Assembly (NCBI GenBank): GCA_951406725.2
Contig: OX597817.1
Coordinates: 72,044,001 to 72,108,000 of the forward strand
Direction of reading: 5' to 3'
Length of the DNA stretch: 64,000 nt
From: Octopus vulgaris
Lineage: Eukaryota
The translations under genes were made by a program, and so were the position numbers. Every line of letters starts with the position of its first letter. Within the stretch, counting starts at the first letter, position 1. This document shows positions 26,645 to 40,829 of the stretch, piece after piece. Below the pieces are notes generated by a model. The model searched no databases, had not been told where the DNA came from, and saw only the letters and a list, made by a program, of their open reading frames with translations.

Positions 26645-27048
26645 TGGCTGTGTGGTAAGTAGCTTGCTAACCAACCACATGGTTCCGGGTTCAGTCCCAC
26701 TGCGTGGCATCTTGGGCAAGTGTCCTCTGCTAAAGCCCCGGGCCAACCAATGCCTTGTGAGTGGATTTGGTAGAATGAAACTGAAAGAAGCCTGTCGTAT
26801 ATATGTATATATATATGTATGTGTATGTGTGTGTCTGTTTGTGTGTGTGTGTTTGTCCCCCTAGCATTGCTTGACAACCGATGCTGGTGTGTTTATGTCC
26901 CCGTCACTTAGCAGTTCGGCAAAAGAGACCGATAAAATAAGTACTAGGCTTACAAAGAATAAGTCCTGGGGTCGATTTGCTCGACTAAAGGCGGTGCTCC
27001 AGCATGGCCGCGGTCAAGTGACTGAAACAAGTAAAAGAGTAAAAGAGT
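26645..27048 (+). mobile_element. SINE family A copy, slightly 5'-truncated
   Basis: Colinear with 1266-1674; tail (GTAAAAGA)2. Confidence 0.9.
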
Positions 27049-27064
27049 ATATGTAGCGTACATT

Positions 27065-27255
27065 TAACATAGTTCACTGGTAGATTCAGTGTGACACAGA
27101 ATGCGACATAGCTGGCCCTTTTGAAATACAGATACTACTCATTTTTACGAGCTGAATAAACAGGAGCAACGTCAAATAAAGTGTCTTGCTGAACGACACA
27201 ACGCACCGCCTGAAACAAAACTCGTGACCTTGCGAAAATCCAAACCATTAAGCCC
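27065..27255 (-). mobile_element. Degenerate CORE-type SINE fragment
   Basis: AAGTGTCTTGCTGAACGACACAAC resembles the reverse-complemented CORE-SINE domain (GTGTCCTTGAGCAAGACACTT). Confidence 0.5.
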
Positions 27256-27761
27256 CCCTCCCTTTCTCTCTCTCTGTATCTATCTATCCATCACACATAC
27301 ACACACACGCACGCATACACATACATACACACACACATAGATATGTGTATATACACATATAACCCCATAAATGGAGTTCCGATGAAGTAGGTAATTTCGG
27401 ATGTTACCATATACAGGCAGTTGGCTTTGGTTTTAGTCGAGCAAATAAAAGAAAATAATTATTCTACTTTACGATATTCAATAAGGTTTTATTCTTTCGT
27501 TATCATTTTTAACGAGTCTCTATCTCTTTCTCTTTTCTCTTTCTCTCTCTTCCCTTTTTCCTTTCTCTATCTAATTATGTATATGACTATTTGGCTGTCT
27601 GGCTGTTTATCCATCCCTCTTTCTCTCTCTAAACGTATATAATTTCTTATACATATATATACTTAAATATATTAATACATACATGCATATGTATGCATAT
27701 GCGTGTATGTGTGCGTGTGTGTGTTTGTATGTGTGCATTAATAGATAGTTAAATGAATAAA

Positions 27762-27788
27762 TAGATAGATAGATAGATAGATAGATAC

Positions 27789-27827
<39 letters not shown>

Positions 27828-27856
27828 CATACATACATAGATAGATAGATAGATAC

Positions 27857-27949
<93 letters not shown>

Positions 27950-27988
27950 AATATAGAAAGATAAGTAAATAAGTAGATAGATAGATAT
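27762..27988. repeat. (GATA)n microsatellite
   Basis: Direct inspection. Confidence 0.97.
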
Positions 27989-28239
27989 CAAATGATTTTA
28001 TATAACAATCGATTATTCAATAATCTTCAGTAGAGCACGTTTTTGCATATGAGTATATATTTATATATTGATATATATATAAGTCAATATATTTTTCTAA
28101 AATATATGTAAATATGTGTATGTATACATGTATGAATGTATGTGAGTGTATATATATTTGTATACAATATCCATGCACTTATATATAATATGTATGTATA
28201 TATGTATGTCAATTAAATTTCAATTTATCCGCATTTCAC

Positions 28240-29000
28240 ATTTTATTGTATATTAGAGACACTTTCGCGCTTTGATTACAAAGCCATTGCATTAAAACCT
28301 TTTCTTTCCACCTTCGTTGGAAACCCAGTTCATTTGCCTACCTTTACAACTGTTACATCGTTCATTCACCTAACCGTTTCAGCTTAAAAATCTCCAAAGG
28401 AATTTCAAGACATTTGCCATTAAATCAGGCAAGTACGAGTTTCTTATACCACTACTGACGTCATAACATCCTAAACATCTTTAATTTGCTTTGCATTCTT
28501 TTACATACTTCACAATAACAAGGAGTTGGACATGCATTGTACATTTCGTACTTTCGTCCACGCTTTCAGCTTCATTTGATAACACGACAGCTATTACACT
28601 ATTAAAGGCAGATATAAGGTTATTTTGCATAATACTTTGAACTCTTAAAAGTTCTTTGATCCTTCTTTCGTAGAGATTCTTAATGTAAAGTCACTTTATG
28701 TTTCAGCCAAACAATCAAATAGCTCACAATAATTAACTCTGCTAAAGCTGTGTTTTCTTTCATGTCCACACAACGGCAGCTCTTATTTGCAAATACTGGT
28801 AAACTAAGTGGAATACAATAATTCTTCATAGTTATAAATGTTGTCTAGTTTCTTCAGCTAATTTGCCATGCAGTTTCTTTTCAACTTCTACAGACTCATT
28901 AACGGAAGTTACTCTGTCGCACACAGCAAATGTTTTTAAACATTTGTAAATTTTAAAACATTTACTATTACTCAAAGCCCCTATATAATGATAACCGATA
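28240..29000 (-). mobile_element. hAT transposase remnant (ZMYM1/DUF4371-like)
   Basis: Minus-strand fragments ELPLCGHEE, QNNLISA, VDEST, QLLVIVKYV, LGCYDVS occur in the order expected for hAT motifs LPLRGH..IQNELI..DE.TD..QL...RYV. Confidence 0.65.
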
Positions 29001-29309
29001 ATGAAAAGTTTGTCTCGTTGCTTGCTTGCTTCGTTTGCTTGGTTTGGTTGATTTGGTAGCTGACTGGTTGGTTGGTAGATTTTTCCAGACATGCATTATA
29101 TCGTATACCGAGAAAAGGGAGACAGATGGAGAAAGAGGAATACAGAGAGAGTTGATATAATTAGTGCAGCATGAATGTGCATACTTGGCTCGGTGGCTGG
29201 CAATGAATGTGAGCGTTACACATTGAGACAGAATCATAGTGACAAAGGAGGAGAGGGTCTTATAGATATATGTGTGTGTGTGCGTTATGTGCGCGCTGGT
29301 GTGTATGTA

Positions 29310-29575
29310 AAGGTGAGTGGCCTAGTGGTTACGGTGCTGCACACACGATCTTTAAATCGTGGGTTCCATTACCAGATTGGGTGGCGCGTAGTGTTCTTAA
29401 GGAAAATACCACATTAAACGTTGCTCCTTCCCCACTTTTAATCTGGCATGTAGTGGTGAATGCTAGCCTGCACGCCTAACCACTGGGGAGGCTGTCATTC
29501 GAAAGTTGAACAATGCAAAGTGCATTGCAATTAGCAATGTGTAACAACATCTGATAGTCTGGTCGGTCACGTGAT
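29310..29575 (+). mobile_element. tRNA-derived SINE family C, degenerate
   Basis: Head TGGCCTAGTGGTTA...GGGTTCCATTACC; tail CAACATCTGATAGTCTGGTCGGTCAC shared with 60889-61183. Confidence 0.75.
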
Positions 29576-29581
29576 ATATAT

Positions 29582-29634
<53 letters not shown>

Positions 29635-29949
29635 GAAATAATAGTATTATTTCAATTTTTGAAATCAATGAATGTTTACAAGAGCTAGATAGGCATCTCC
29701 AACTAGCAGGCAATACTACTCCAGACTGATGACGAGCAAAGACTCAGAAACTAGTCACTAGTTGCAGGCTTAGCTGGGTGTGGAGGTGCTTATCTCCCCC
29801 TTGTAAACATAAGGACAGGAAATGTATCAAGGCCGACAGGAAGCGTTGCTGCGTCCTAGGGCTAAATAGCAGTAGTTTTATTCCCTTCATATGACTGTCA
29901 CATTAAGTAGACTGTATACAACTGCTGTACATATATATATACACACATA

Positions 29950-31183
29950 CAGTTTGCGGGCGGTATTTGAGGACAGATTTATGGTTAAAAAAGGTCTTAT
30001 ATAATAGAAAAAACTGTATTTTTTATAAAAGTAATATAAACATAAAACAAAATTATCAATTTGATAATTTCATTCCATAAAAAACACCATAAACATCAAT
30101 AACGACCTCTACGCGAGTCGAAATCTTTTACAAGCTCGGATTAAGTGTCTTTGTTCATATCGCACATGACTCGAACTATGACGAATTTCAAAAAATCTTT
30201 GGTGCTATGGGGGTGTTCATTGACATTTTCCTCCATGTTGCTACTTACATAGTAGTCTAATGGAATTAGATCTTGAGAATTAAGAAGCCAAATTTTTGGG
30301 GTGATGTAATCATGCAAATTGTCGGTCATCCATTCTTGTGTCATTTGAACCTTGTGTGATGGTGCATTCCATTTCATACACAGTTGATGCAAGGCTTAAG
30401 AAATTTATCCAGAACCTCAATATACGCAGCAGCATTCACTCTAAGGCCTTGTTAAAAAAAGTGAGGAGACATCACATGTCCTTCATTGCTAGCAAAACTC
30501 TAAACCATGACACTTACAGGAAATTTTGCGTGCATTACACTTGGAACCTCAGAAGGGTCTGCACATAGCCATCTATCATTTCTCATGTAAGTTTTTTTGT
30601 CCTGACAAAATTTTTCTCATCTGAGAAAAACCAAATCACACCATCTTCTGATGGACTTTTAAGTTTGTTCAAAGATCTTTTGTATCTGATTACACGGTTT
30701 TCTTTTGTTTTTTTTTTCTTTCTCACATGAATTTACCTCTCATCATGACGTAAGATTTCATGCACAACATTTCTGATTGTTTATTCTGACACATGACATA
30801 TTTTTGCAATTGACCTCATTGATTTTCCCGGATTGTCTCCAATGTTTTGCTTATATTCCTGAACTGAATAAATTCATTTCTCCTAATTGAAACAGTGGGT
30901 GTCCGGAATGTTTTTTTTATCTTTTGATACAGGTAATACGTTTCCATCTTCTTTCTGTAACTCACACCGAATCATGTGGACAAAAAATCTTGCAACTTTC
31001 TGAAAGCGAAAAATTTCTAAATCATCAAGCTTAGCCTTCAAAAGCCACAATCACAATATAGCTTTTCATTTCATTAGTAAGCATAGAGTCTGTCATTGAT
31101 ATTTTCTGAAATAGAAGTTCAATGAAATTAGTAAAATAAAATAATGACTAAAAATGCATGTGTCAAGTACCGCCCACACCCTG
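29950..31183 (-). mobile_element. Full-length decayed Tc1/mariner transposon (DD37D/maT-like), 1,234 bp
   Basis: Imperfect TIRs CAGTTTGCGGGCGGTATTTGA / TCAAGTACCGCCCACACCCTG, each flanked by TA; minus-strand peptides WFFSDEKNF and NAPSHK...TQEW...WLLNSQDLIPLDYYV. Confidence 0.88.
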
Positions 31184-31196
31184 TATATATATTATA

Positions 31197-31424
31197 CTTT
31201 TTCTTTTTTTGTTTCAGTCATTTGACTGCGGCCATGCTGGAGCACCCACTTTAGTTCAACAAATCGAATCCGGGACTTATTCATTATAAGCCTAGTGCTT
31301 ATTCTATTGGTCTCTTTTGCCAAACTGCTAATTTACGGGTACGCAAGCAAACCAACATCGGTTGTCAAGTGATGGTGCGATGACAAATACAGACACACAC
31401 ACATATACACAGACACACACACAT

Positions 31425-31498
<74 letters not shown>

Positions 31499-31657
31499 CA
31501 GGCTTCTTTCAGTTTCCGTCTAGCAAATCCACGCACAAGGATTTGGTCGGCCTGAGGCTATAGTATAAGACACCTGCCAAGGTGCCACGCAGTGGCACTG
31601 AACCCGGAACCATGTGGATGGTAAGTAAGCTACTTACGATATAGCCACTCCTGCGCC
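31197..31657 (-). mobile_element. SINE family A copy with expanded internal (TA)n
   Basis: Reverse complement of 1266-1674. Confidence 0.9.
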
Positions 31658-32084
31658 TATAAAAACCTATGAGGTCTCATATATATATAAGGTAATTAAT
31701 ATTTTTCTTTTGTCATGAGAACCAAGAAATTAGATTAAAAATCAAATTATATTTTTTATATGTAAGCCACATTCCCCGTATACTTCCAAGATTACCCAGC
31801 ATGGGGCTAATACACTAGTAACTTTGTAATTAATATAATTGCCATCAGTCAGCAATTGACCTGGTTGTTTCTATTTTAAGCAGAAAGCCAAGAATTTTGG
31901 TGGGGTTGAGTGAGAGTATACCACGGAAATCAGAACTTGAAATATCCCTTATTTTATCTAAAAGAAGAGCAGCGATGACCACAGGACGTAAAGAGACAGA
32001 ACAAAGAGCATGAAACAGTTTCTGACATTCTACTGATCCTCCATCGTCTAGTTGTTAAATAATGACAGATGCTACTTTACGACA

Positions 32085-32535
32085 TATTGGTTTCAGATTC
32101 TGGCGCAAGGCCAACAATTTAAGGAGAGAGGGTTAGTCGATTACATCGACTCCTGTGTTCAACTGGTGCTAACTTTATTGACCCAGTAATGATGAAGGGA
32201 AAGTTGACCTCGGCAACATTTGAACTCAGAATGTAATGTCAGAAGAAAATGCCGCTAAGCAGTTTTTATCCTGCGCGGTAATGATCTTGCCAACTCGGCA
32301 CATTTAGTTTACTGAATATTGATTTTATATTTTGGCACAAGGCCAGCATGATTGGAGAAGAGGGAAAGTCGTTTACTTCGACCCCAGTGATCAAACGGTA
32401 CTTATTTTATCGACCCCCAGAGGGATAAAACACAAAGTCGACCTCGGCAGAATTTGAACTCCGAATGTAAGATGAACGAATTGCCGTTAAGCATTCTACC
32501 CGGATTGCTAACGATTCTGCCAGGAAGCCGCGCTC
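32085..32535 (-). mobile_element. Two adjacent SINE family B copies
   Basis: Copies at about 32085-32300 and 32321-32535; the second is flanked by the 15-bp duplication AGTTTACTGAATATT (32306-32320, 32536-32550). Confidence 0.85.
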
Positions 32536-32935
32536 AGTTTACTGAATATTAAAGTTAGTTAATTAATTAGCTGTGAAAATGTTCCAAGGAAGCCATTTAT
32601 TTATTAGCAAGATAAGTAACATTTTACTCCGTTTAATTAAATATTTAGGAGATAGTTTTAAAATTTTTAATGAAATGTACTCAAATGACATGTAAAGCGT
32701 ATCCGTAAACGATTAAGAACAAAGTATTCATCAGTTGCATCACTTTTAGGAATAACTACAAAACGAAAAGAGTAAAAATTATTTATACGCAAGTATTGAG
32801 TGCTTAACTCGTGTATTGTACCAAATACTAATATTACATTCACATTTAAGTGATATCCACAAAACTGTTGGTCATCTACTCACGTTTTAATTGTGCTTAT
32901 TATTTCTATCTACCTACCTACCTATCTATCTATCT

Positions 32936-32936
32936 A

Positions 32937-32971
<35 letters not shown>

Positions 32972-32995
32972 TTTTTTGTGTTTTCTTGTTTGGAT

Positions 32996-33084
<89 letters not shown>

Positions 33085-33102
33085 ATATATATATATACAT
33101 AC

Positions 33103-33133
<31 letters not shown>

Positions 33134-33162
33134 CATATATATATATGTATACATATATATGT

Positions 33163-33194
<32 letters not shown>

Positions 33195-33195
33195 G
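32936..33195. repeat. (TA)n/(TG)n cluster containing a ~35-bp 3' tip of family H1
   Basis: TTCTTGTTTGGATTAACT is the reverse complement of the H1 end at 3927. Confidence 0.85.
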
Positions 33196-34311
33196 GACAC
33201 TTGCATGCATGTACATAAACACGAAAACGTAATGCGTATAAATATACATATCTGACTGTGCATGTAAGTGTATGTAAAACTCTAGAATATATGAGATGAA
33301 CAATCTTTACATTACACAGTAGTATTCTGTAGATTTTTCAGTTAATGAATAAATCGTTACGCAATTAAATCATGGAGAATGTTCTTAAGTCACTAATTAT
33401 TCACCAAAACATTAATTAAATACACGAAGTCAGAATTTTAAACCAATTATAAATGCATACATGAATAAATGGATGCATCAGAGCGTTAAGTAGTTAATTA
33501 TAACAATTCTCTTAATGGTACTACTACTGCCACTAATACTATTACTATTACTACTGATAATGATAATTATTATTTAATTTATTGGCCTCTAGGGCCGACA
33601 TATAGGGGACAATACAGGAGACAGTGGAGGTTTTACACAAAACAACGAGTAAACAATTAGGAAAACAATAACAATAACCATTAAACAAGAGAAATATAAC
33701 AGTTCGATTTCCTCAGTACTGGGGATGCCCATCCAGGGTTGGCTCAGGTACCTCACCAATCCTGAACCACCCGACGCTTCGAGGGTACTTGAGAAGGGTG
33801 TTTCACATTGAAGAAATGGTGTAATGCCATTTTCGGTGCAAGCACGTCAGTTGCAATAACACTGCAAATAGTTTCGTCTAACTTAGTTGCTAGCGCCACT
33901 TCTTGTTGTTGTTGTTCTGGTTGTGTTGTATTTGCTGTGAGTGTGGTATCTGCAGTTTCAGATGCTATAGTAGGTGTTTGTTCTGTATGTTTAGGTTGTT
34001 TGCGTTTGGGTGATTTTAGTGATAGTGATCGTATTGGCTGTGTCGGTGTTGGTTTTATTAGGAAGATGTTTGCGTGAACGGTGTCTGTTTTCTTATTGTG
34101 GGTGTTGTTTTGCTTTGGGGAGTTTTCTTTTGTGCTTTTTTCTTTTAGTCCTTTTGGACTACAGGAAGATGATGGGTTCGTTGCTGTAAGTGTGTCTGTG
34201 CCAGTGTGTATGTTTATATTCGTATTTATGTGTGTATTTATTGGTGTGGGGGAATGGGAAGGCTTTCTTCCTTTCTCTCTAGAGTGGTTAATGCTTATGA
34301 CGTTTTTCAAA

Positions 34312-34720
34312 TCGAAGGTGACAATATATCACCTGTTATACATGGATGACCTCAAACTAGATACAAAACGGAAAAAAGATCTGCATTCCAAACAGTAAGG
34401 ATATTTATCAAGAATATTGTTAAGCAGTTTAGAGTAAGTATGCAATGCTAAGTATGAAGAGAGGCCGAAAATTAGAATCTGATTCTATGAAAGTATCATT
34501 AGTTGATATCGTTAGATCGCTGAGAAATGATGAGGGACACAAGGACCTAGGGTTGTTGCAACACAATAGAATAATGAAAGAAGAAATAGGTGAGAAAATT
34601 TCCAAAGAGTACAAGAGAATTAGAAAGTTACTTGGGATGAAATTGAAGGATTATCATTACAGTAATGAGTACATGGGTTGTTCATCTCACTCTCAAGTCC
34701 TTCTACGCCTACATAATGAA
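34312..34720 (+). mobile_element. R4/Dong-clade LINE reverse transcriptase remnant
   Basis: HLLYMDDLKL catalytic motif followed by MKRGRKLESD...EGHKDLGLLQ...EKISKEY.RIRKLL. Confidence 0.85.
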
Positions 34721-35042
34721 TTAGGATGTTAAGATGTTTGACGCCCTTTATGATTATGCTCAACGGTTAACTGTTGATTGCAAACGCCACCTGACTACTT
34801 GGCGACTAATTCTACTTCGAAACACTTGTTGATTTCATCCTTGCTAAGCAAAGCCTAACCAGCTTGAACTTCTACGCCTCAAAATGTTTAAATGTTACTG
34901 AGAACGTCCAGTTCAGCTTGACGGATGTAACTGTTGGAAAGCGCTCCACCGTTTCTCTTTAATTTTCTGTACAGATATGGTTTATACATAAATTAGGAGA
35001 ACGAAACAACATTAAACCACTAATAATATATTGTAAATAAGC

Positions 35043-35087
35043 TATACTGATGAGATGAAAATAAGGATATCGAATTTTGCGTCTATA
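35043..35087 (+). ncRNA. Decayed solo hammerhead motif
   Basis: UAUA-CUGAUGA-GAU...AUC-GAAU-UUUGC-GUC-UAUA; stems I and II pair, stem III is broken. Confidence 0.35.
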
Positions 35088-35458
35088 AATGATGAATATT
35101 AAATAACGAAATAAAACACTTAATTCTGAACCTTTATTCTATGCTTTATTTTAATGATTAATAGAGATAGGTGTAAAATTGCGATTCAAAAATACAATAT
35201 AAATACTAGACTTTAGCTGGATTCAAACTTTCACCCTGTAGTTTACATTGAACAATAAATAAATACTTCTACCTCCAACTCCAGAAAATGATAAATACAA
35301 TGATTTGTATATTATACTAGTTAGGAGGCAGTAAGTGAATGAAATGATTATATATATGCCGCTGGTAGTTATATTGTTAAACACATTCGGTATGCAAATT
35401 AGGGACTCCTTCAAAGAATAACTGCTGCATTTGTTGAGTATATAAACAGTTTGCCTGT

Positions 35459-35548
<90 letters not shown>

Positions 35549-35557
35549 TGTATATCT

Positions 35558-36125
35558 ATCTCAGAAAGATATGCAGCACATGGTGAATGCAATTTCTAAA
35601 GCATGTGCAGCATTGGGTCTAACAATCAATCTAAAAAGTACTGTTATAATGTACCATCCCGCTCCCTCCAAGTTGTATGTGGAACCTTTTATAACTGTGA
35701 ATGGTCAAAGGTTGGAGACTGTACCTAAATTTATTTATTTAGGAACTACATTGAGCACTACTGCTCTTGATGATGAAATTTCATACAGAATCAGTAGGGC
35801 TAGTAGTGCTTTTGGTAGGCTTGATAGGCGTCTGTGGAAGCAACATATATCTTCACAAATTAAAGTTATATAACACATGCATCCTCCTATCTTTGCTATA
35901 TGGAAGTGAGGCATGGGTTGTTTACCGTAGGCAGGTTAGACATTTCATCAATTCTGTCTGAGAAAAATGTTGGGGATAAAATGGAAAATAGCCATTAGTA
36001 ATATGGAGGTGCTTCAGGGGAATAGCAGTAAAAGTATAGAGTCAATGATTATCCAAAGACATTTGAAGTGGGGGGGGGCCATTTGGTAAGGATGAGTGAT
36101 GAGCGACTGCCCAAGCAGCTATTAA
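35558..36125 (+). mobile_element. RTE (BovB-like) LINE RT C-terminal remnant
   Basis: GLTINLKST...FIYLGTTLS...DDEISYRISRASSAFGRL...LLYGSEAW...GHLVRMSDERLPKQL, with frameshifts. Confidence 0.92.
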
Positions 36126-36933
36126 AAAATGGAGATGAGAAGATGTTAAATTCTTAATCAAATTCTTAATCCGTGCATACGATCGTTTCAAATGATAACA
36201 CCAACATGTAAGAAACATGGAAAAAATTAAATTAATTATGATTATAATTAAAATTAATTTAATAACGTATTACCATTCTCCTCAGAGCAAAAAAATGGAG
36301 AAAAACATCAGGAAAGGTAGTAACAAGAATATTATAGGATAACACATTGAGTCTGTGTCGCATAACTCGGTAGGATATTTATAAATTGATTGTGAAAGAT
36401 GAAATATAGTATTGAGTCTAGTTGTATAAGGACTAAGACTCTTATACAACTAAGATTCCTTTTAAGCCACCCTTTTAAATTATATATATATATACAACTA
36501 TGTTATATATATGTAACTATGTTTTAAATTATTATATAAACTGTTTTAAAGTAGTACTATGTTATATGTAGAAAGGTTGGACTAAGCTTTTACTGCGAAT
36601 ATTGTCCATGAGAAATTATCTGCAACTCCATTTAAGATGAAAATTTCATATTCTACATGTCTTGTCAACTAAATGTCGCTTTTAGGAAAAGCTGATCTTC
36701 TTTTAGCCGTTAATATATCGCATCTAATTTTAGTATTTTTTGCTGTTGTTTTTGAAGACCATCAAAATTGTGAACGATCATTGAGAAATCAACCTGAAGT
36801 TATAAGCCCACTGCTTTACATCTTAAAAGAAGGGAACTGCATGCAAGGAAAAAATGTTGAAATAATCAAAGTCTAAATTCTTTCATAATATGTCTTCTCG
36901 AACAGATTTTACCTTTGGTTAAACAACCACGAG

Positions 36934-36967
<34 letters not shown>

Positions 36968-37274
36968 ATAATAATAATAATAAAATTAATAATTAATCAA
37001 TTCTCGGGTTTCATTTACTCTTGTTAGATTTCATCAAAAAGAAAAAAACAAAATCCCGATATGAATATTATGCAAGACAACGAAAAGGATACACATGAGG
37101 CTTGTTATGTAACAGCTATACCAACTAATGATTCAGTGTAGGTTTAGTAATATTTTAATCGTACAACACTACGAACCAGCAAATTGTCTTGTATATGGTC
37201 GCTCAACATGCTAGATATAGCTGCTAGATGTCGCAAGAAGAGAAGGCAAACATTTCTATAGTCAATATGCTTCA

Positions 37275-37328
<54 letters not shown>

Positions 37329-40300
37329 TGTGATTATGGCTGGAAAGGCGTTATTTGTCTGTTAAGTCAAAGGTGAGGGGCAGCTAAACAACAGAACAAT
37401 GGCTTAGCAAATCCTCCTACGAATATGGTAACATGAAGAGAGTACCATCTCTTAAGTGGTTCAAGGCTTAAAAAACATTGGCAATTTGGACAGCGGAAAT
37501 TTAAGAACAGGCGCACGAGTCTTGTGTGCGAAACTCTGTATATTGTTCTTCTTACTAGAATGAGTGACATTTGTTCTGGCTCTGTGCACCTTGAGTTCAA
37601 ACCCGGATCAGTTTGGGCCTTTCTCCTTCCAGTTGCCACTAGAATCAAGATTTATTACAAGGTTATGGACGGTATGGGTAATGTTGTGTCTATAGATTCT
37701 CACGACTATAAATATACGTAAAACCATTTGCGAAAGCTTGATACATCATGATACTCGATTATGTTTATAGTTATGAGCGCGCGTGTGTATATGTGTATGT
37801 GTGTGTGTGTGAGAGAGAGAGAGAGAATAAGGAAAAGTGACTTTGAAACTTCGTCAGACTGTAGAAGTGTTTGTAAGTCCAGCTATTCTATATACTTAGG
37901 TTCATCTTGAGGTTTAGTAAGAGCAATAAGACATGTTTTAATACTTTTCGTACAAGATAATATTTTAAAAACTTAATGGGAATTTAGATATAATGAAAAA
38001 AGTATAATAATTTGATGCAAAAAATTTGTTGGGAGGTGCATAGAGGAAAGAAAAAGTGAAGAAGAAGAAAGAGGAAAAAGAGGAGGAGGACGTCGACGAC
38101 GACGATGACGAACGAGGACGAATAGGTTGATATTTATAAACGGATGTGTTTATATGTATAGATAAATGTGAACAAGTGTATATATAATAATAAACAAACA
38201 CGTACATTACATAAACATGTATATGTACGTGTGTTCAATCTGACGAAGGCAAACAAATCGAAACCTCGAAGCCACCATCAACCTTTTCGTATAAAAGTAA
38301 CATAAAAATGTACTGCTCTTATGCATAACTCGATATAAAAATAACCATTAACACATACACAAACACACACACATATCTATTGCTTGTAAGTATATGCATG
38401 TGTGAGTGTATATGTGTGCATGTGTGTGCGCGCGCCGCATGTACTTCTGTGTAAATATGTATATGTATGCATATGTGCTTCAGTTGTTTCTATGCATCCA
38501 TGCAATTGAAATACTATTGAATGAAAACTATGAATGAAAATTATAAATGATAATTTCTTTTCATGAAACCAATATCACCAACCGGCTATCTATGTTTTGT
38601 TTGTTTTTAATAAAAATAATTATATATCTCTTTCATGATCACTTCTATGTCGAATAGACATAAAGAATATCATTGTCCAAATAGGTGGCGCTAATTTTGC
38701 TCTTCTCACTGAGGCAAGTAAATTTTAGTGCTTTGCCTAAAGAGAAGAAAGCATTGCATATAAAAATGATAAGAGCATCATAAAAAAAGTCATGATAGTT
38801 ATCAGACAGTTATGACGGATCAATGAATTAAACCAGCAATTAAATTTTTTTTATCTGCTTAGATAAATTCATTTTGGTTATGAAATTGGTATAATACCTT
38901 TTTTTATTTTTGTTTTTATTTTCATTTCTATATTTTGTTTATTTTACTTACTAATGAATTCATCGAAGTGAGCACTTTCATTTCTCCAGATATCAAAAGC
39001 TAGTCCGATATATTTCCATTTAACCAAAGGCTATATGTTTTCAAGTTATATTATAGTTGAAATGAGAAATGATTCTAGCATTATTTATTAACAAGTATTT
39101 TAACACGTTTGCAGACATTTAAAATATTGCTGCTGTCTAGTGTTAGTATAACTATGAAAATACTGAATGAAGTTTATTGAATTTCTGAATGTCGTGTCGC
39201 CAAATCATTTCTCTCGCATTGATGTAACGAATGTGCCAGTAGCTTCACTAAATATAACATTATGCATGTTTTACGTATGGCTTCTAAACGGTTATGCACT
39301 GTTGCACCATCTGTTTACACTATTTTATTCGAGATTTTCAAAACTATTTCCTATCAAAATTGATATCATTGAATGTAAAGTGTTATCAGTTTAGAAAACC
39401 GGCGCTCTTGCAGTTAGCTGTTTATTATTTATTCTTCCTGGTAAATTAACCCCAATTGCAAATTGCAAGAGTCTCTATTATTGTCCAGGCCTAGCTATTT
39501 TAGAACATAATCGCTTCAATGTAAGATATGGAAAGTAACTCTATAATTCTAACTCAGACTGAGAAATTCCAAATATAGTATAGTTTGTACGCTACTTGCA
39601 ACGCTAACTGGTATCTTTGTTTAAAAATATTTCTTTTATACCATACCCGAAATAAGAAATTGTTTCTCGTAATCTGTGAGAAGCCTCAGCAATGGCGGCT
39701 CAATTCCGTCACTTGCGTTCCGCTATTTTTCATCAGGTCACCGAGCACAAAATATCTTGCCATAAATAAAGCCTACATCCATGCTTAATTCTTCTCTAAA
39801 TTTCAGTATCCAAGAGCCTTTCACAATCATCTTAACATCTTCGTCAAATTTGCACGCTCTCCAAGAGCAGAGACCTTGAAAACATCGTACAAAGGAAGTA
39901 TGTCAATTTTATTACTTTCATCAGTGAAACAAAAATTAGAAACAGGAAAAAAAAATCAAGCTCATTTGATGACAACATTATTGCACATCATCTCCGTTAA
40001 TCATGAACAATACATAAATACGATTCTGTGAAATCATTTCAAGGCATGCATTGCCCTGTCACTGAAGATTTCTTATGGTGACCACACATCTTTAACATAT
40101 AGCAATGATAACATATTAACTACTTACACTTGATGCTGTTCAACGAGACCCCAAACAGAGCTCTTTAAGTAGAACACAGCATATTTCGTAGGGGTTAAAT
40201 ATATTTAATAACAGTTTCATTCATCTCCATTTTACTTCAAGTTTCTTCCTCATGTAGGACACGCCCATCTCGTCAGAGTTTGGCTCCGAACTTCTTTTGA

Positions 40301-40392
40301 CGGGGAAGCTGTGTGCTACGCACCAAAATAACTTTCAGTAACGTGGAACTGAGTCAAAAGGATATTGATGTATGCGTGTGTGCATGCATATA

Positions 40393-40576
<184 letters not shown>

Positions 40577-40829
40577 CAAGGTACCTAGTTTCAAAATCTC
40601 ACGAAGAGACCAGAGTAGAAACTATACCAAACAGTAACGCCAGTCGCCACATCAAGGTAGCTGTTGAATGTTCCTACTAGTTTGACTCCAGGCAGATTCT
40701 TAGCCAGCTAGCTATTGGTGCGATTCCGCACCCTTTATATACAATATATTGTTAGCGTTAGCGGACACTAGCTATCACTCTGGAATATAGATGCTCGCGA
40801 CTGAGGATGGGCCAAATATATCGTGAGGG

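Noticed and set aside
38238-38270. CTGACGA...CGAAAC motif
   Set aside because: Stems II and III do not pair convincingly
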